DNA from: an uncultured Gemmatimonadaceae bacterium | Lineage (GTDB): Bacteria > Gemmatimonadota > Gemmatimonadetes > Gemmatimonadales > Gemmatimonadaceae | Assembly: GCA_963829055.1 (NCBI GenBank) | Contig: CAWHHI010000016.1 | Location: 704,001-768,000 of the forward strand | DNA length: 64,000 nt | Direction of reading: 5' to 3' | In this document: in pieces, positions 21,009 to 31,492 of the stretch | How the letters are laid out: every line of letters starts with the position of its first letter | How positions within the stretch are numbered: position 1 is the first letter of the stretch | The notes under the pieces: model-generated | Databases searched by the model: none | What the model was told of the DNA's origin: nothing | What the model saw: only the letters and a program-made list of their open reading frames with translations | Position numbers and translations under genes: made by a program

Positions 21009-22685
21009 TCAGCGCGGCGGAGTCACGACGGGCCGCGTGCGAAAGCGAAAGGGCTCGTCCAGCGCGCGCGCCAATCGCACATCGCGTTGGTAGATGTCGG
21101 GCCGGAAGTTCACGCGTCCCGCATCGTCGACCCATGCCGTCCAGTAGAGCAGCAGCACCGGCACTGGGCGCGGCAGATGAACGGTGCGAGTCCGCCGCGT
21201 TCCCGTCGCGCGGGCAGTCGAGTCCGAATTCCAATTCGCGTCGCCGAGAAGAAGCTGCGCGAGCTCGAACGGTCGCTCCACCCTGATGCATCCGGAGCTG
21301 AACGCGCGCGCGGACTCGTCGAATAGCTCGCGACTGGGCGTGTCGTGCAGGTACACGAGATAACGATTCGGGAACATGAACTTGATCAGGCCGAGCGAGT
21401 TCTGCGGCCCGGGGTCCTGGCGCAGTGTGAAGGGAAACGAGGACGCCGAGTATGCCGACCAGTCGATGCGCGACGCGTCCACGGGGCGACCGGAGCGGTT
21501 GAGGACCCGCATTCCTTCGGGCAGCGCGCGGACTCCTCCCCGCTTGAGGCGGGGGAGCATGTCGCGCGCGAGGATACCTGGCGGTACCGTCCACGTGGGA
21601 TTGAAAACGAGGTACGTGATCGAATCCCGAAAGATCGGAGTGCGCCGGTAGGGCAATCCCACGACGGCGCGGCTCCGCCACACGGTGCGCCCATCCCGCA
21701 CGTAGGCAACACTGTATCCCGCGATGTTGACGACGACGAAGGTGCCGTCCAGGTGATGCAGCACCCAGCGGCCGCGCTCGAGGTTGAGGCGGATCTGCTG
21801 GATGCGCTTTCCCACTGGCACGTTCATAGCCGAGCGCGTCCCCTCGCCAAGCACTCCGTCATCGGCGAGGCCAACGCGCGCCTGAAAGCTGCGCACTGCG
21901 GTGGCGAGTGTCGAATCGTAGCGCGTCGAGGTGTCGTGCCCTTGCCTAACGAGGTCACCAGTCGCCTCGAGGCGGCGCTTCAACACCGGCACGCGTGCGT
22001 CAGCGACGCCGACGCGAAAGGCCGGCCCCGCGGGCACTAGCGGCCAGCCGCCGGCGGCCTCGATCTGTCGATAGCGCGCCAGTTCACGCTTGAGCCCAGC
22101 GTAGACTTGGTGGCCGGGCTTCTCGCGCTCCAGCGCCTGATACACGTCGCCGGCGTCGAGCATCCGCTGGATATCCAAGGCCGGCTCGAAACCGCGAATC
22201 TGGCGTGCCATATTCCAGTTTGGATCCACACGTTCGGGATCGACCTTGCCGAACATCAGGTGGTAGCCGAGCCGCACCAGTGCGTCCGTGAGCAGCAGGT
22301 CGTAATCGGCCAGCAACGCGGCGTCCGACTGCCCACTCGCCGCAACCTCGCCGCGGAGGCGCTCGAGGAGCGCTTGATGGTAATCGCGTGGATCGAGCCC
22401 GTCGGCCGCGGCGTCAGCAATGGCGCGGACGAGTTGCTCGATCGTGCGCGCGTCGCGCCACGCCGGGCGGAATCCGCGCCGCTCGTAGAGGTCGGGGAGG
22501 ACGATGACGGACGCGATGCGACTTCCTCTGACGTCGAGCCGACCGGTCTCGCGCAGCGCCTCGACGCGACTCCTCAGCACCTCGCGGATGGCATCGTCCT
22601 GCGCCTCCGCACTCGCCGCCATGCAGTGGAGCGAGAGCATGACGCCAGCGCACAGCGTCGCACGGCGGAGACCATCAGTAGTCAT
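21009..22685 (-). CDS. L,D-transpeptidase (YcbB/LdtD type) with peptidoglycan-binding domain
   Basis: signal peptide, GL.P.DY scaffold, AV..FQ...GL..DG..G, NPTWTVP, YLHDTP, SSGCIRV. Confidence 0.92.
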   Translation of the reverse strand: MTTDGLRRATLCAGVMLSLHCMAASAEAQDDAIREVLRSRVEALRETGRLDVRGSRIASVIVLPDLYERRGFRPAWRDARTIEQLVRAIADAAADGLDPRDYHQALLERLRGEVAASGQSDAALLADYDLLLTDALVRLGYHLMFGKVDPERVDPNWNMARQIRGFEPALDIQRMLDAGDVYQALEREKPGHQVYAGLKRELARYRQIEAAGGWPLVPAGPAFRVGVADARVPVLKRRLEATGDLVRQGHDTSTRYDSTLATAVRSFQARVGLADDGVLGEGTRSAMNVPVGKRIQQIRLNLERGRWVLHHLDGTFVVVNIAGYSVAYVRDGRTVWRSRAVVGLPYRRTPIFRDSITYLVFNPTWTVPPGILARDMLPRLKRGGVRALPEGMRVLNRSGRPVDASRIDWSAYSASSFPFTLRQDPGPQNSLGLIKFMFPNRYLVYLHDTPSRELFDESARAFSSGCIRVERPFELAQLLLGDANWNSDSTARATGTRRTRTVHLPRPVPVLLLYWTAWVDDAGRVNFRPDIYQRDVRLARALDEPFRFRTRPVVTPPR

Positions 22686-22732
22686 GCGCCGGAAGTGAAA
22701 ACCCGATCGTGGACCGCGAAGACATCTGAGCG

Positions 22733-22810
22733 CGCGACGTCAACGGCCCGCGAGGCGGTGTCGATCTGCTGTGCGGCATCAACGTAGTCCTGTGGGCGGT
22801 CTTCCGAGCA
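22733..22810 (+). pseudogene. fragment of an HPF/RaiA-like gene
   Basis: encodes RDVNGPRGGVDLLCGINVVL; nucleotide match to about 13611-13686. Confidence 0.7.
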
Positions 22811-22915
22811 TATTAGGGGCCGCGCGTCCGCCGCATTACCATCGGCACAGGCCACTTCGCCCAGTTGGATGGTCGCGGCGCGGATCGCCCTCTGCTCCGA
22901 GGTGACAGGGCGGTG

Positions 22916-23203
22916 TCACTCAGTGCGACGGCGAAGCGCGAGCCAACGGTCGCCGGTCGCGACGAGGACGCTAGAGATGATGCCAGAACCAAGCACCGCT
23001 GCAAGCGGGACCGTCACGGTGGGAGGGGCCGTCGCTATCAGCGCGGCCCCCACGGCCATCGTAGTCGTGACCAACCCAATTGCCGAGATGAACCCGATCG
23101 CCGAGGACTCTCTCGGCGTCGCGTGACTCGTCGGGCGGCCACCCATTCTGGACACGCTCGCGGATGGCACCCACATGCGGTTTGGTGCGAGACGTCCATT
23201 CAT
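22916..23203 (-). CDS. small 2-TM membrane protein, translationally coupled
   Basis: ATGA overlap with the upstream gene; GGAGG upstream; two hydrophobic helices. Confidence 0.6.
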   Translation of the reverse strand: MNGRLAPNRMWVPSASVSRMGGRPTSHATPRESSAIGFISAIGLVTTTMAVGAALIATAPPTVTVPLAAVLGSGIISSVLVATGDRWLALRRRTE

Positions 23204-23871
23204 GGGTGTATCCTCCGAATCGAAGGAGGTGTGGTGGTGCCTAACGACGAAACCCTGCGGATCACGTCGGTCGTTCGGCGCAGCCAGGTGCCGATCCGCT
23301 GGAACGGCCGTCGGGCGAGTGTCCACGCGGGTCGGCGTGGTCGTCGAACCGGCTCGCGTGCCCGAGCCGCCACCACGCCAGCCGCTTCGGTCATCTGTTC
23401 TGTACGCGGCGCCGGGTCAGGGCGCCATATCGCCCACCGGACACCGGACTTTCGCAGCGCGCGGTAAAGCAGATACGCCACGCCACGCAGCTCGAACTCG
23501 GTCATTGGCGACGGGACGGCGAGTTCGAACCCGAACGAGTCACCCGTGCGGCTGTGGCTGCCCGGCCTGATGAGGGTGGCGATCGGACGATTGCTGGCGA
23601 GGATGACGTCTGTCTCTCCAGCGTCGCTCCGCTCGAGCGCCAGCGGCTCAATGTCAACAGGAACGAGTCGCGTGCCGTGTGTGCGCGAGAGACGGCGCGC
23701 CAGCGTCCGATGCGCAACCCAGGCGGCATGCGTCGCCTCGGTCTCGTCCCCGAACCCTCGGAACCCAATCGTGTCGCCGACGATCCAACCCACCGCCCTG
23801 TCGGCGTCCACCAGGTCCATCTCGAACGGAGGCGGATGGGCGAGCATGTCACGCATAAGCTGGGTAGTCAT
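23200..23871 (-). CDS. hypothetical protein (paralog family)
   Basis: GAGGGAG RBS; closely similar to 11710-12277 (GFRGFGDETEA.HAAWVAHRT.ARRL.RTHGTR.VPVDIEPLA). Confidence 0.82.
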   Translation of the reverse strand: MTTQLMRDMLAHPPPFEMDLVDADRAVGWIVGDTIGFRGFGDETEATHAAWVAHRTLARRLSRTHGTRLVPVDIEPLALERSDAGETDVILASNRPIATLIRPGSHSRTGDSFGFELAVPSPMTEFELRGVAYLLYRALRKSGVRWAIWRPDPAPRTEQMTEAAGVVAARAREPVRRPRRPAWTLARRPFQRIGTWLRRTTDVIRRVSSLGTTTPPSIRRIHP

Positions 23872-23944
23872 TGTCTCCCTCTCGGTTGAGGTGTTGGCCG
23901 CGTCGGAACCTTCTAACACGGCAGATTAATCACGCGTTACGAGA

Positions 23945-23964
23945 TATATCCTTGTAAGGAGTAT
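23945..23964. promoter_or_regulatory. third copy of the putative MarR operator
   Basis: TATATCCTTGTAAGGAGTAT; core TCCTT-GT-AAGGA, about 75-95 bp upstream of 23871. Confidence 0.65.
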
Positions 23965-23999
23965 TTGGTTCCCACAATCTCGGTGCGGCAATGGACGCG

Positions 24000-24404
24000 T
24001 CAGGAAGCGCGCTTCGGACTCACCGATGTGTCGCTTTCAGCTCCGGCTGGTCGAGCCTGAGTTGTATCCGCCGCTGGCCGATCGAGGACTCCGGCCAGAG
24101 GATCGCCACGGTCGAGCCCCTCGATCGGAGCACCCGAGAGGTACGCCGCGCGGGCGAGTAGCTGGGACGCGACCGAGAGCGTCAGCAGCATGAACGCGAT
24201 AGTGAGGACGCCGGTCAGCGGCCGCGCCACTCCACCAGCCACGAGCACGCCCAACACGACCAGACTCGTGCCGATGCCGCCCGCCTTCGTGGCTGCGTGC
24301 ATCCGCTGAAATACGTCGGGCAACCGAGCGACGCCGATGCTGGCGATGGTGATGAACACCACGCCGGCGCCGAGCAGCACTGTCGCCACAAGGAGACGCG
24401 TCAC
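24000..24404 (-). CDS. mrpG: Mrp Na+/H+ antiporter subunit G
   Basis: G..RLPD.F.RMHAATK...G; GTGA overlap with mrpF. Confidence 0.9.
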   Translation of the reverse strand: MTRLLVATVLLGAGVVFITIASIGVARLPDVFQRMHAATKAGGIGTSLVVLGVLVAGGVARPLTGVLTIAFMLLTLSVASQLLARAAYLSGAPIEGLDRGDPLAGVLDRPAADTTQARPAGAESDTSVSPKRAS

Positions 24405-24682
24405 TGGCCGCCCCGCTTGCGCTCGAGGAACGCCGCGAAGGCACACGTGGACGCGAAGTTGATGAGTGCAGCCCCGAGGCCGACGTCGAGGAAGGCACTG
24501 CGGCCGGTTGCCAACGAGGTCAAGGCCGAGAGAGAGACCACGACGGCGGTGAGCATATCCAGCGCGACTATGCGGTCGGCGTACCCGGGCCCCTTGAGCA
24601 TCCGATACGCCGCGAGGGCGAGTGACAGCGCGAGCACCGCGATCATCACCGTTGCCATCGTCGAGAGGTCGAACATCGTCAT
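24401..24682 (-). CDS. mrpF: Mrp antiporter subunit F
   Basis: R..KGP..ADRIVALD. Confidence 0.9.
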   Translation of the reverse strand: MTMFDLSTMATVMIAVLALSLALAAYRMLKGPGYADRIVALDMLTAVVVSLSALTSLATGRSAFLDVGLGAALINFASTCAFAAFLERKRGGQ

Positions 24683-25044
24683 CGAGAGATCTCCCGGGCT
24701 TCGTGCGGTTGACCTTCCATCTGGATGATCCACCGCTCGTAGAGCGCCTTCATTCCGGCGGCGGACGCCCGCGTGTCGGGCGCGTCGAGAAAGTGCACGT
24801 AAATGGTGCGCCGATCGTCAGCCACGTGGAGACACGTCGAGCCCGGCGTCGCCGACACGAAGTAGGCGAAGAGCGCGACACCCCACTCGGTGCGTGCGTC
24901 CACGGGCACGGCAACGATCGCCGGCTGGTTCCGCCGCCCCGGTGCCAGAACGATCCGGGCCACCGCGAGCGAGGCGACAACGAGATCGTAGGCGAACGTG
25001 CCGACCAGCGACACCGCGGCCCAGAACCGCTGGAGTCCGCTCAT
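24679..25044 (-). CDS. mrpE: Mrp antiporter subunit E
   Basis: P.IVAVP, TPGS, IYVHFLD. Confidence 0.88.
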   Translation of the reverse strand: MSGLQRFWAAVSLVGTFAYDLVVASLAVARIVLAPGRRNQPAIVAVPVDARTEWGVALFAYFVSATPGSTCLHVADDRRTIYVHFLDAPDTRASAAGMKALYERWIIQMEGQPHEAREISR

Positions 25045-26587
25045 CGTGGCGGTCTCGCCGTGCCGACGGACGGCGCCACGTTAGGCATGGCCGCATCGGG
25101 CGTCAGTTGCTTCGCGGCGATGCGCGACAGCCGTACGGCCGGCTCGATGGCCAGCCCCAGGCCTAACGTGCACGCCGCCAACAGCGCCACGCCGGCAACC
25201 ATCGCGGGCGGAATAGGGCGAGCCGCCTGCCCCTCGCGCGCTCGCGGTCGCCAGAACGCCTGCGTCCACAGCATGCTCATCGAATAGAGCGTCAGGAAAC
25301 CGGTGACCAGGGCGACCGCGACCAGCCATCCCGCTCCGGACGTCCCGCTGCGAAAGGCGGCGTCGATCACGAGCGCCTTCGCCCAGAAACCAGAGAGCGG
25401 CGGGACCCCGGAGATCGAGAGCGCGAGCGCGGCGAACAGCACGGAGAAACGCGGGTGCTCGCGAATCAGGCCACCGAGGGCACGGAGATCGTAGCCTCCG
25501 CTGGCCCGCGCGATCGCGCCGGCACCAAGGAAGAGACCCGTCTGCACGAGCATCGTATGCATTGTATAGAAGATGGCGGCGGCGCTCCCCTGCCAGGATG
25601 CGAGCGCCAGCCCCATCATCAGATAGGCTACCTGCCCGACGACGTGGAACGCCAACAGCCGGCGCACGTCCACCTGGGCGATCGCGGCGAGCACGCTGAC
25701 GAGCATCGTCGCCGTCGCGAGCAGCGCGAAGAGCGGCGGCAATCCCGGACACGACCGCCGTGCCCGTTCCGACGCCGAACACGGCAACGAAGATGCGAAG
25801 GCAGGCGTAGAAGGCGACCTTCGTCAGCAAACCGGCGAGTGCCGCCGCGACGCTGATCGGCGCCGTGTGATACGATGCAGGCAGCCAGAAGAACAGCGGA
25901 AAGAGGCCCGCCTTCAGCACCAACCCGGTGAGCAACAGGTACGCGGCGACGGTCGAGGTCACCGAGGGCACACGACCCGCGAGCGTGGTGGCCAGGTGCG
26001 TCAGGTCCAGCGTGCCCGCCTCACCGTACAGCAGCCCGATACCCACGAGCATGAACGTCGCTCCCATCATGCTCATGGCCGCATAACGAAGCGCGCCGTC
26101 GATCTGGGCGCGACCGCCGATCGAGCGTCATGAGTCCGAGGGCCGTGACGAGCATCAGCTCGAACCAGACGTACAGGTTGAAGAGGTCGCCCGTCAGGAA
26201 CGCACCGTTGACCGCCGCGAGCATCCCGAGGAAGAGCGGGTCGAAACCGGATCGTCTGCGCCGGGCGCGCACGTCGGCGCGCGCGAAGATCGCGACCGCG
26301 AGCGCAACGATGCCGGCGGCCGTGCACAGTGCCCCGCTCAGCGCGTCGGCCACGAACGTCACGCCGAACGGCGTGCCCCACCCGCCGAACTTCATCACGA
26401 TGACGTCGCCGCCCCGCGTCCGCGCGAGCAACAGCGCGGACGCGACGAGCATCGCCGCGACCGCCACTTCCATCACGCTGCGCTGCAGCGCCGGCCAGCG
26501 GCGGACGACTACCGTCAGCGCGGCCGCGCCGAGTGGGATGATGACGGGCCATATCGCGAGGCCGTTCGCGAGCGCATCAGTGCTCAA
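25041..26587 (-). CDS. mrpD: Mrp antiporter subunit D, frameshifts near 26110 and 25750
   Basis: GAFLTGDLFNLYVWFE, KAGLFPLFFWLPASY, LLTKV, GVPPLSGFWAK spread over three frames. Confidence 0.88.
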
Positions 26588-26962
26588 CGTCCGGCCCCGG
26601 TGCGAGAGGATTGCCGAGGTCCTGTGCGGAATGCAGCTCGTCGCTCCTCAGCGTCTTGTGCGCCCCGCCAGGCGCGGAGCACGAGCGCGGCGAGAATCAC
26701 CGTGAGGGCAAACCCGATCACGATCGCCGTCAGCACGAGGGCCTGCGGCACCGGGTCGGCGGATTCGCCCAGTCGCTCGGCGCCCTCCGCGATCAGCGGC
26801 GGCTGCTGCCGTGCGAATCCGTCCCGCCTGGAACAGCACGAGATTCACCGCCGTCGTGAGCAGCGACAGACCGAGTAGCATGCGCACGACGTGCCGCGAG
26901 AGCACCATGTAGAGCCCGCAGCCGAACAGCCCGGCGGCGACGAACGCATAGAGGACGGTCAC
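26578..26962 (-). CDS. mrpC: Mrp antiporter subunit C, frameshifted
   Basis: G.Y..LSR...R..LG..LL...VNL, then (shift) ADPVPQALVLTAIVIGFA; 3' end approximate. Confidence 0.85.
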
Positions 26963-29704
26963 GACTCCACTTCCCTCGTTAGGCCGAAGAGGAAGGCGAG
27001 CACGGTTCCCAGCACCGCGAGGTAGACGCCGAGGTCGAAGAGAAGCGTCGTGCCCTGCTTGACGTGCACGCCGAGCACGGTCACCTCGATCCAGATGTGC
27101 CGCAGGTAATCGCCGTACACCACGAGCCCGGGGAGTCCGCTCGCCACCGCGAGCAGCAGGCCGCCGCCGACGAGCGTCAGCGGATGGTACCGCAGCTTCT
27201 CACGCGCCCGATCCACCCCGTGGGTGAGCGCGACGATCGCGAAGGCGAGGGCGGCCATGAGACCGCCCACGAAACCGCCACCGATCTCGTTGTGGCCGCG
27301 AAGCAGCACGATCACCGACAGCGCGGCGAGCAACCAGAAGAAGAGCGGGCTGGCGAACGCGAGGACGAACACCGAGCGTCGCGCGCCGCCGGACCTGTCC
27401 TCGAGAGGCAGACGCGGCCCGAGCAGCGACCACGCGATGACGGCCGAAAGCGCGATCACGGTGGTCTCGCCTAACGTGTCGAAGCCCCGGAAGTCCACGA
27501 GGATGACGTTCACGACGTTCCGGCCGAACGCCTCGAGGTAGCTGCGCGCGCCGAAGAACGCAGAGACTTCCGTGTTCTGCGGCGCGGCGCTCATGTCGAG
27601 CAGCGCGACGAAGAGCAGCACGGAGAGCACCGTGGCCACCGCGGCGTCACGCCCTCGCGCGCCACGCGAGCGGGTCGTCGGAGCGCTGAGCGGCAGCACG
27701 AGCAAGGCGGCGGTGAGCAGCACGACGACCAGAGACTCCACCGCGAACTGCGTGAGCGCCAGGTCGGGCGCGCCGTTCATGAGGAACGTGAGCGCGGCGA
27801 CGAGCCCCGTCAGGCCGGTCGCGATCATCGCCGCGAGGAGCGATCGGGCGCGGATGGCGGCGAGACCACCGGCGAGTCCGACCAGCGCCAGTGCCGCCGG
27901 CCCTACGCGCATCGCACCCAGATCGGCCGGCACTCGCGGCCCGCGGCCCGTCGCGACGAGCCCCCAGACCACGAATGCCGCCGCGGCAACGAAGATGACC
28001 CCGAGGTGGTCACGCAGGTCCCCCTGCTGCAGGCGCGCTGGCGATGCCCCGAGAAATCGCGTAGAGGCGCCGACGGAGCGCGTCGTAGGCATGCTCCACA
28101 TCGTACCGGCCGACCCAGATGATGCGCAGTCGATGGTGGATGGGCACCCAGAAGGCGAGAATCAACGCGCCGATGCCGACCACGGCGGTGCTGAGCAGGA
28201 GCATCGGCGTCACGCCGTGCCACAGCGCGACTCTCGCCTCCACCGGCCTGCCGTAGATGGCTGCCACGGCCGGCCGCAACACCACACGGTCCACCCACGT
28301 CGGCTCCAGGCTGATGACCAGCCCGAGGAGCGCCAGGAGCATCGGCCCCACGAGCAGCCCGACCACTTCCCGGTGCCTAACGCTTTCAACCCGCCCGGCG
28401 CCCATGAAGAACGGCCGCAGCGTGACGATGCCGGCGACGCCCACCATCACGGCATTGACGAGCACCGCCACGGCCATTGGCAGCGCATCCCAGGAGCTCT
28501 GGATCTGTGCCTCGAACAGAAACTCCTTGGAGATGAATCCGAGGAAGGGCGGCAGCCCGGCCATCGAGAGGCTCGCGAGGACGGACGCGACCGCCGTGAC
28601 GGGCAGGAACCGCCAGAGGCCGCCCATCTGGCGCAGCTTGGTCAGGCCGGTCGCGTGAATCACCGTCCCCGCACAGAAGAACAGCGTCGCCTTGTACAGC
28701 GCGTGGGCGAGGAGAAACCCGATCGTCGCGACGCTGGCCATGGGTCCATCGAGCCCCACGAGCATGACGAGGATGCCGAGCGAAGCGATCGTAGAGTACG
28801 CGAGCACCGTCTTGTAGTTCTCGGCGCGGATGGCCTGGAACGCCGCGACCAGCATCGTGACCATCGCCACCGTGATGAGCATGTCACGGCCGCCGCGCAC
28901 GGAGCCGATGACGGGCTCGAAGCGCGCCAGCAGGTAGATGCCCAGCTTCACCATCGTCGCCGAGTGCAGGTACGCCGAGGCGGGCGTGGGCGCCTGCATG
29001 GCGTTAGGCAGCCAGAAGTGAAACGGGAACTGGGCCGACTTGGTGAAGGCGCCGAGGAAGATCCCCGCGAGGATCGGGACGATCCAGGGACTCCGCGCCA
29101 GCTCGGGCGCCCGCGCGACCGCGCCGCTCAGCGAATAGCTGCCCAGCGTCACGCCGATGAGGAGGATCGCGGCCAGCAGCGCGAGCCCGCCACCGGCGGT
29201 GACATGCAACGCCATCAGCGCCGATCGCCGCGCTGAAGGACTGTCGACGTCGAAGCCGATGAGCAGGAACGAGAACAGGCTGGTCGCCTCCCAGAAGAGG
29301 AACAGGACGACCAGGTTGTCGGCGAGCACGGTGCCCAGCATCGCCGTCATGAAGAACAGGATCAGGGCGAGGAACCGGGCCCGGTCCGACGGCGCGCGCT
29401 CGACGAGGTAGGCGTCGGCGTAGATCACGACGAGCGCGCCGACGCCGGTGACGAGCAGGCAGAAGAGAAAGGCGAAGCCGTCCAGCCGCAGCGTGAACTC
29501 GACGCCGAGCGATGGAGCCCAGGCCAGCCGCTCCGTCACGGTCTGTCCCGCCTCGATCGTCCCGTGGAAGCCGAGGAAGCCGACGAAGAGCGCCGCGGGC
29601 ACGAGCGCGAGCAGCCAGCCCACTCCTCGGCGGCAGAGGAGTCGACCGACGGGCAACGACAGGGCGCTAGCGACCGACGACGTGGCGAGCAAGACCGCGA
29701 TCAT
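26959..29704 (-). CDS. mrpA: Mrp antiporter fused subunit A/B, frameshift near 28050
   Basis: FWE..S..SF.LIGF, FTKSAQFPFHFWLPNAMQAPTPASAYLHSATMVK, APDLALTQ, NVVNVILVDFRGFDTLGE, GHN..GGGF. Confidence 0.92.
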
Positions 29705-29876
29705 ACGCGTCCTGAGACGGAATTTTCGGGCGTGTGCAGTCGGCTAGACTGCCTTAGTTCCGGCGCCGCCGCAATCGCAGAGTCGTCGCTCAGTCCCAGG
29801 CTCACTGGCGACAAACCCACCAATCGGGGTCATTGCCCGGGGGACTCACGTCGCGCATTCCGTTACCGGCACTGTG

Positions 29877-30200
29877 CTATCCCTTCCGCGCCCGCTTCTT
29901 CGCGTCGCGCTCGAGCCGCAACCGGAGCTCCTCGAGGGCACGCGTGACTTCGTCGCGCTCCGCGTCGGTCAGCACCACGGCCTGGTCGCCAGTGCGAGCG
30001 AGCCGCTCCGTCACCACGTCGTAGGCCTCCAGCGCCAACCCGCGGCGCCGCTCGTCTGCTGCGCGATCCGCGCTTGCGTCGATGGCATCGAGCAGAGTGA
30101 GGCCGGTGTTCACCTCGGTCAGCAGGAACGCCGCGGCGACGTGGCGTGCGTCCTCGCCGAGACGCTGGGCATGGCGCAAGGCATCGGAGTGCTCAGACAT
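29877..30200 (-). CDS. hypothetical helical protein
   Basis: 107 aa ORF with GAGGG RBS-like site and GC-rich codon usage. Confidence 0.6.
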   Translation of the reverse strand: MSEHSDALRHAQRLGEDARHVAAAFLLTEVNTGLTLLDAIDASADRAADERRRGLALEAYDVVTERLARTGDQAVVLTDAERDEVTRALEELRLRLERDAKKRARKG

Positions 30201-30479
30201 GTGCCCTCACCCTTTCCGCCCGCGCTTCTTCTCGTCCGCGCGCGAACACCTCGCCGAGATCGACTGATTCGTCGTCGACCCGCAGTCGCAGCACGTCGAG
30301 ATTGTCGCCGTAGTAGAGCCGGTTGGTGGTCATGCGGGAAAACTGACAGATGCAAAACGCCGCCGCTACGGGTTGCGTAGTCGGCGGCGTTTTGACTCGC
30401 GATCGAGCATCGCCTCGAAGTCCTCGAGGACGCCTCGGGGACAGCGCGCGGTCGCGGCGTCGCGCTCGAATGCATCACC

Positions 30480-31329
30480 GTGGGCCTTGATGGCATGCTC
30501 GCGCTCGAGATCGCCGGCAACTACCCCACGTTGGCTACCGCTGGGCGTGGCAATCGGAGTCGTCGCGGGTACACTGGGCCTGTGGCGGGCGCTCATTCTC
30601 GGCGGGTATGCACCGTTCGCGTTACTTCCCACCGTCGTGCTCGTGCTCGGCGGCATCCTCGCACCGATCTTCGCGTGGACGGTCCACCTCGCGCAGCGCG
30701 GACACGCGCAGGCGGCGGCGCTGCGACGAAGTCAAGCCTTCCTGGCCGAGGCACAGCGTCTCAGTCGCACTGGCAGCTTTGCCTGGCGTGTGGCGACCGA
30801 CGAGATCACGCTGTCAGACGAGGTCTATCGCATCTTTCAGCTGGACCGCGCGGTGCCCGTGACACTCGCGACGATCGACACGCGCGTTCACGCGGATGAC
30901 ATCCCCGGCCTGCACGAGATCATTGGCGGAGCGCGCATCGCAGGCAGCGATTTCGAGTACGAGCACCGGATGCTGATGCCGGACCAGTCGATCAAGTACC
31001 TCCACCTGGTCGCGCACGCGGCGCGCGACCAGGCTGGCCGGTTGGAGTACATCGGGGCGATTCAGGACGTGACGCAGCGACGCGTCTCGGAAGAGGCACT
31101 CTCGAAGGCTCGGTCCGAGCTCGCCCACGTGGCCCGGGTGACGACGCTCGGCGCGCTGACGGCGTCCATCGCGCACGAGGTCAATCAGCCGCTCTCGGGC
31201 ATTGTCACCAACGCCAGCACGTGCCTCCGGATGCTGGCCGCCGACCCGCCTAACGTCGAAGGGGCGCGCGAAACCGCAGGGAAGGACCGGCAGAGTCGGT
31301 CGACCTGGAAGAAGCAACACCCCGCCTGA
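30480..31329 (+). pseudogene. truncated TM-PAS-HisKA sensor kinase lacking the HATPase domain
   Basis: LAEAQRLSRTGSF.W PAS, ASIAHEVNQPL; kinase-like sequence stops at about 31280 where the att-like repeat starts; 5' end uncertain. Confidence 0.75.
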
Positions 31330-31398
31330 CGTCGGAACGTCAAGCGGAGCTGACGGATGGAGCGAGATTCGAACTCGCGGTACGCTTCACGTACATAC
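31284..31398. repeat. degenerate copy of tRNA-Ser(GGA) 3' end plus downstream hairpin (att-like scar)
   Basis: ccccgcctgacgtcggaacgtcaa...ggatggagcgagattcgaactcgcggtacgcttcacgtaca matches about 44200-44310. Confidence 0.85.
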
Positions 31399-31492
31399 TC
31401 ATTCCGCGGACTTGCGGGAGTTGCTCAAAACGGCGAGGCGGCGAGCTTGTCGATCGACGTTAGGCGGTTGATTCTGAAGGCTTACTCCCGCG

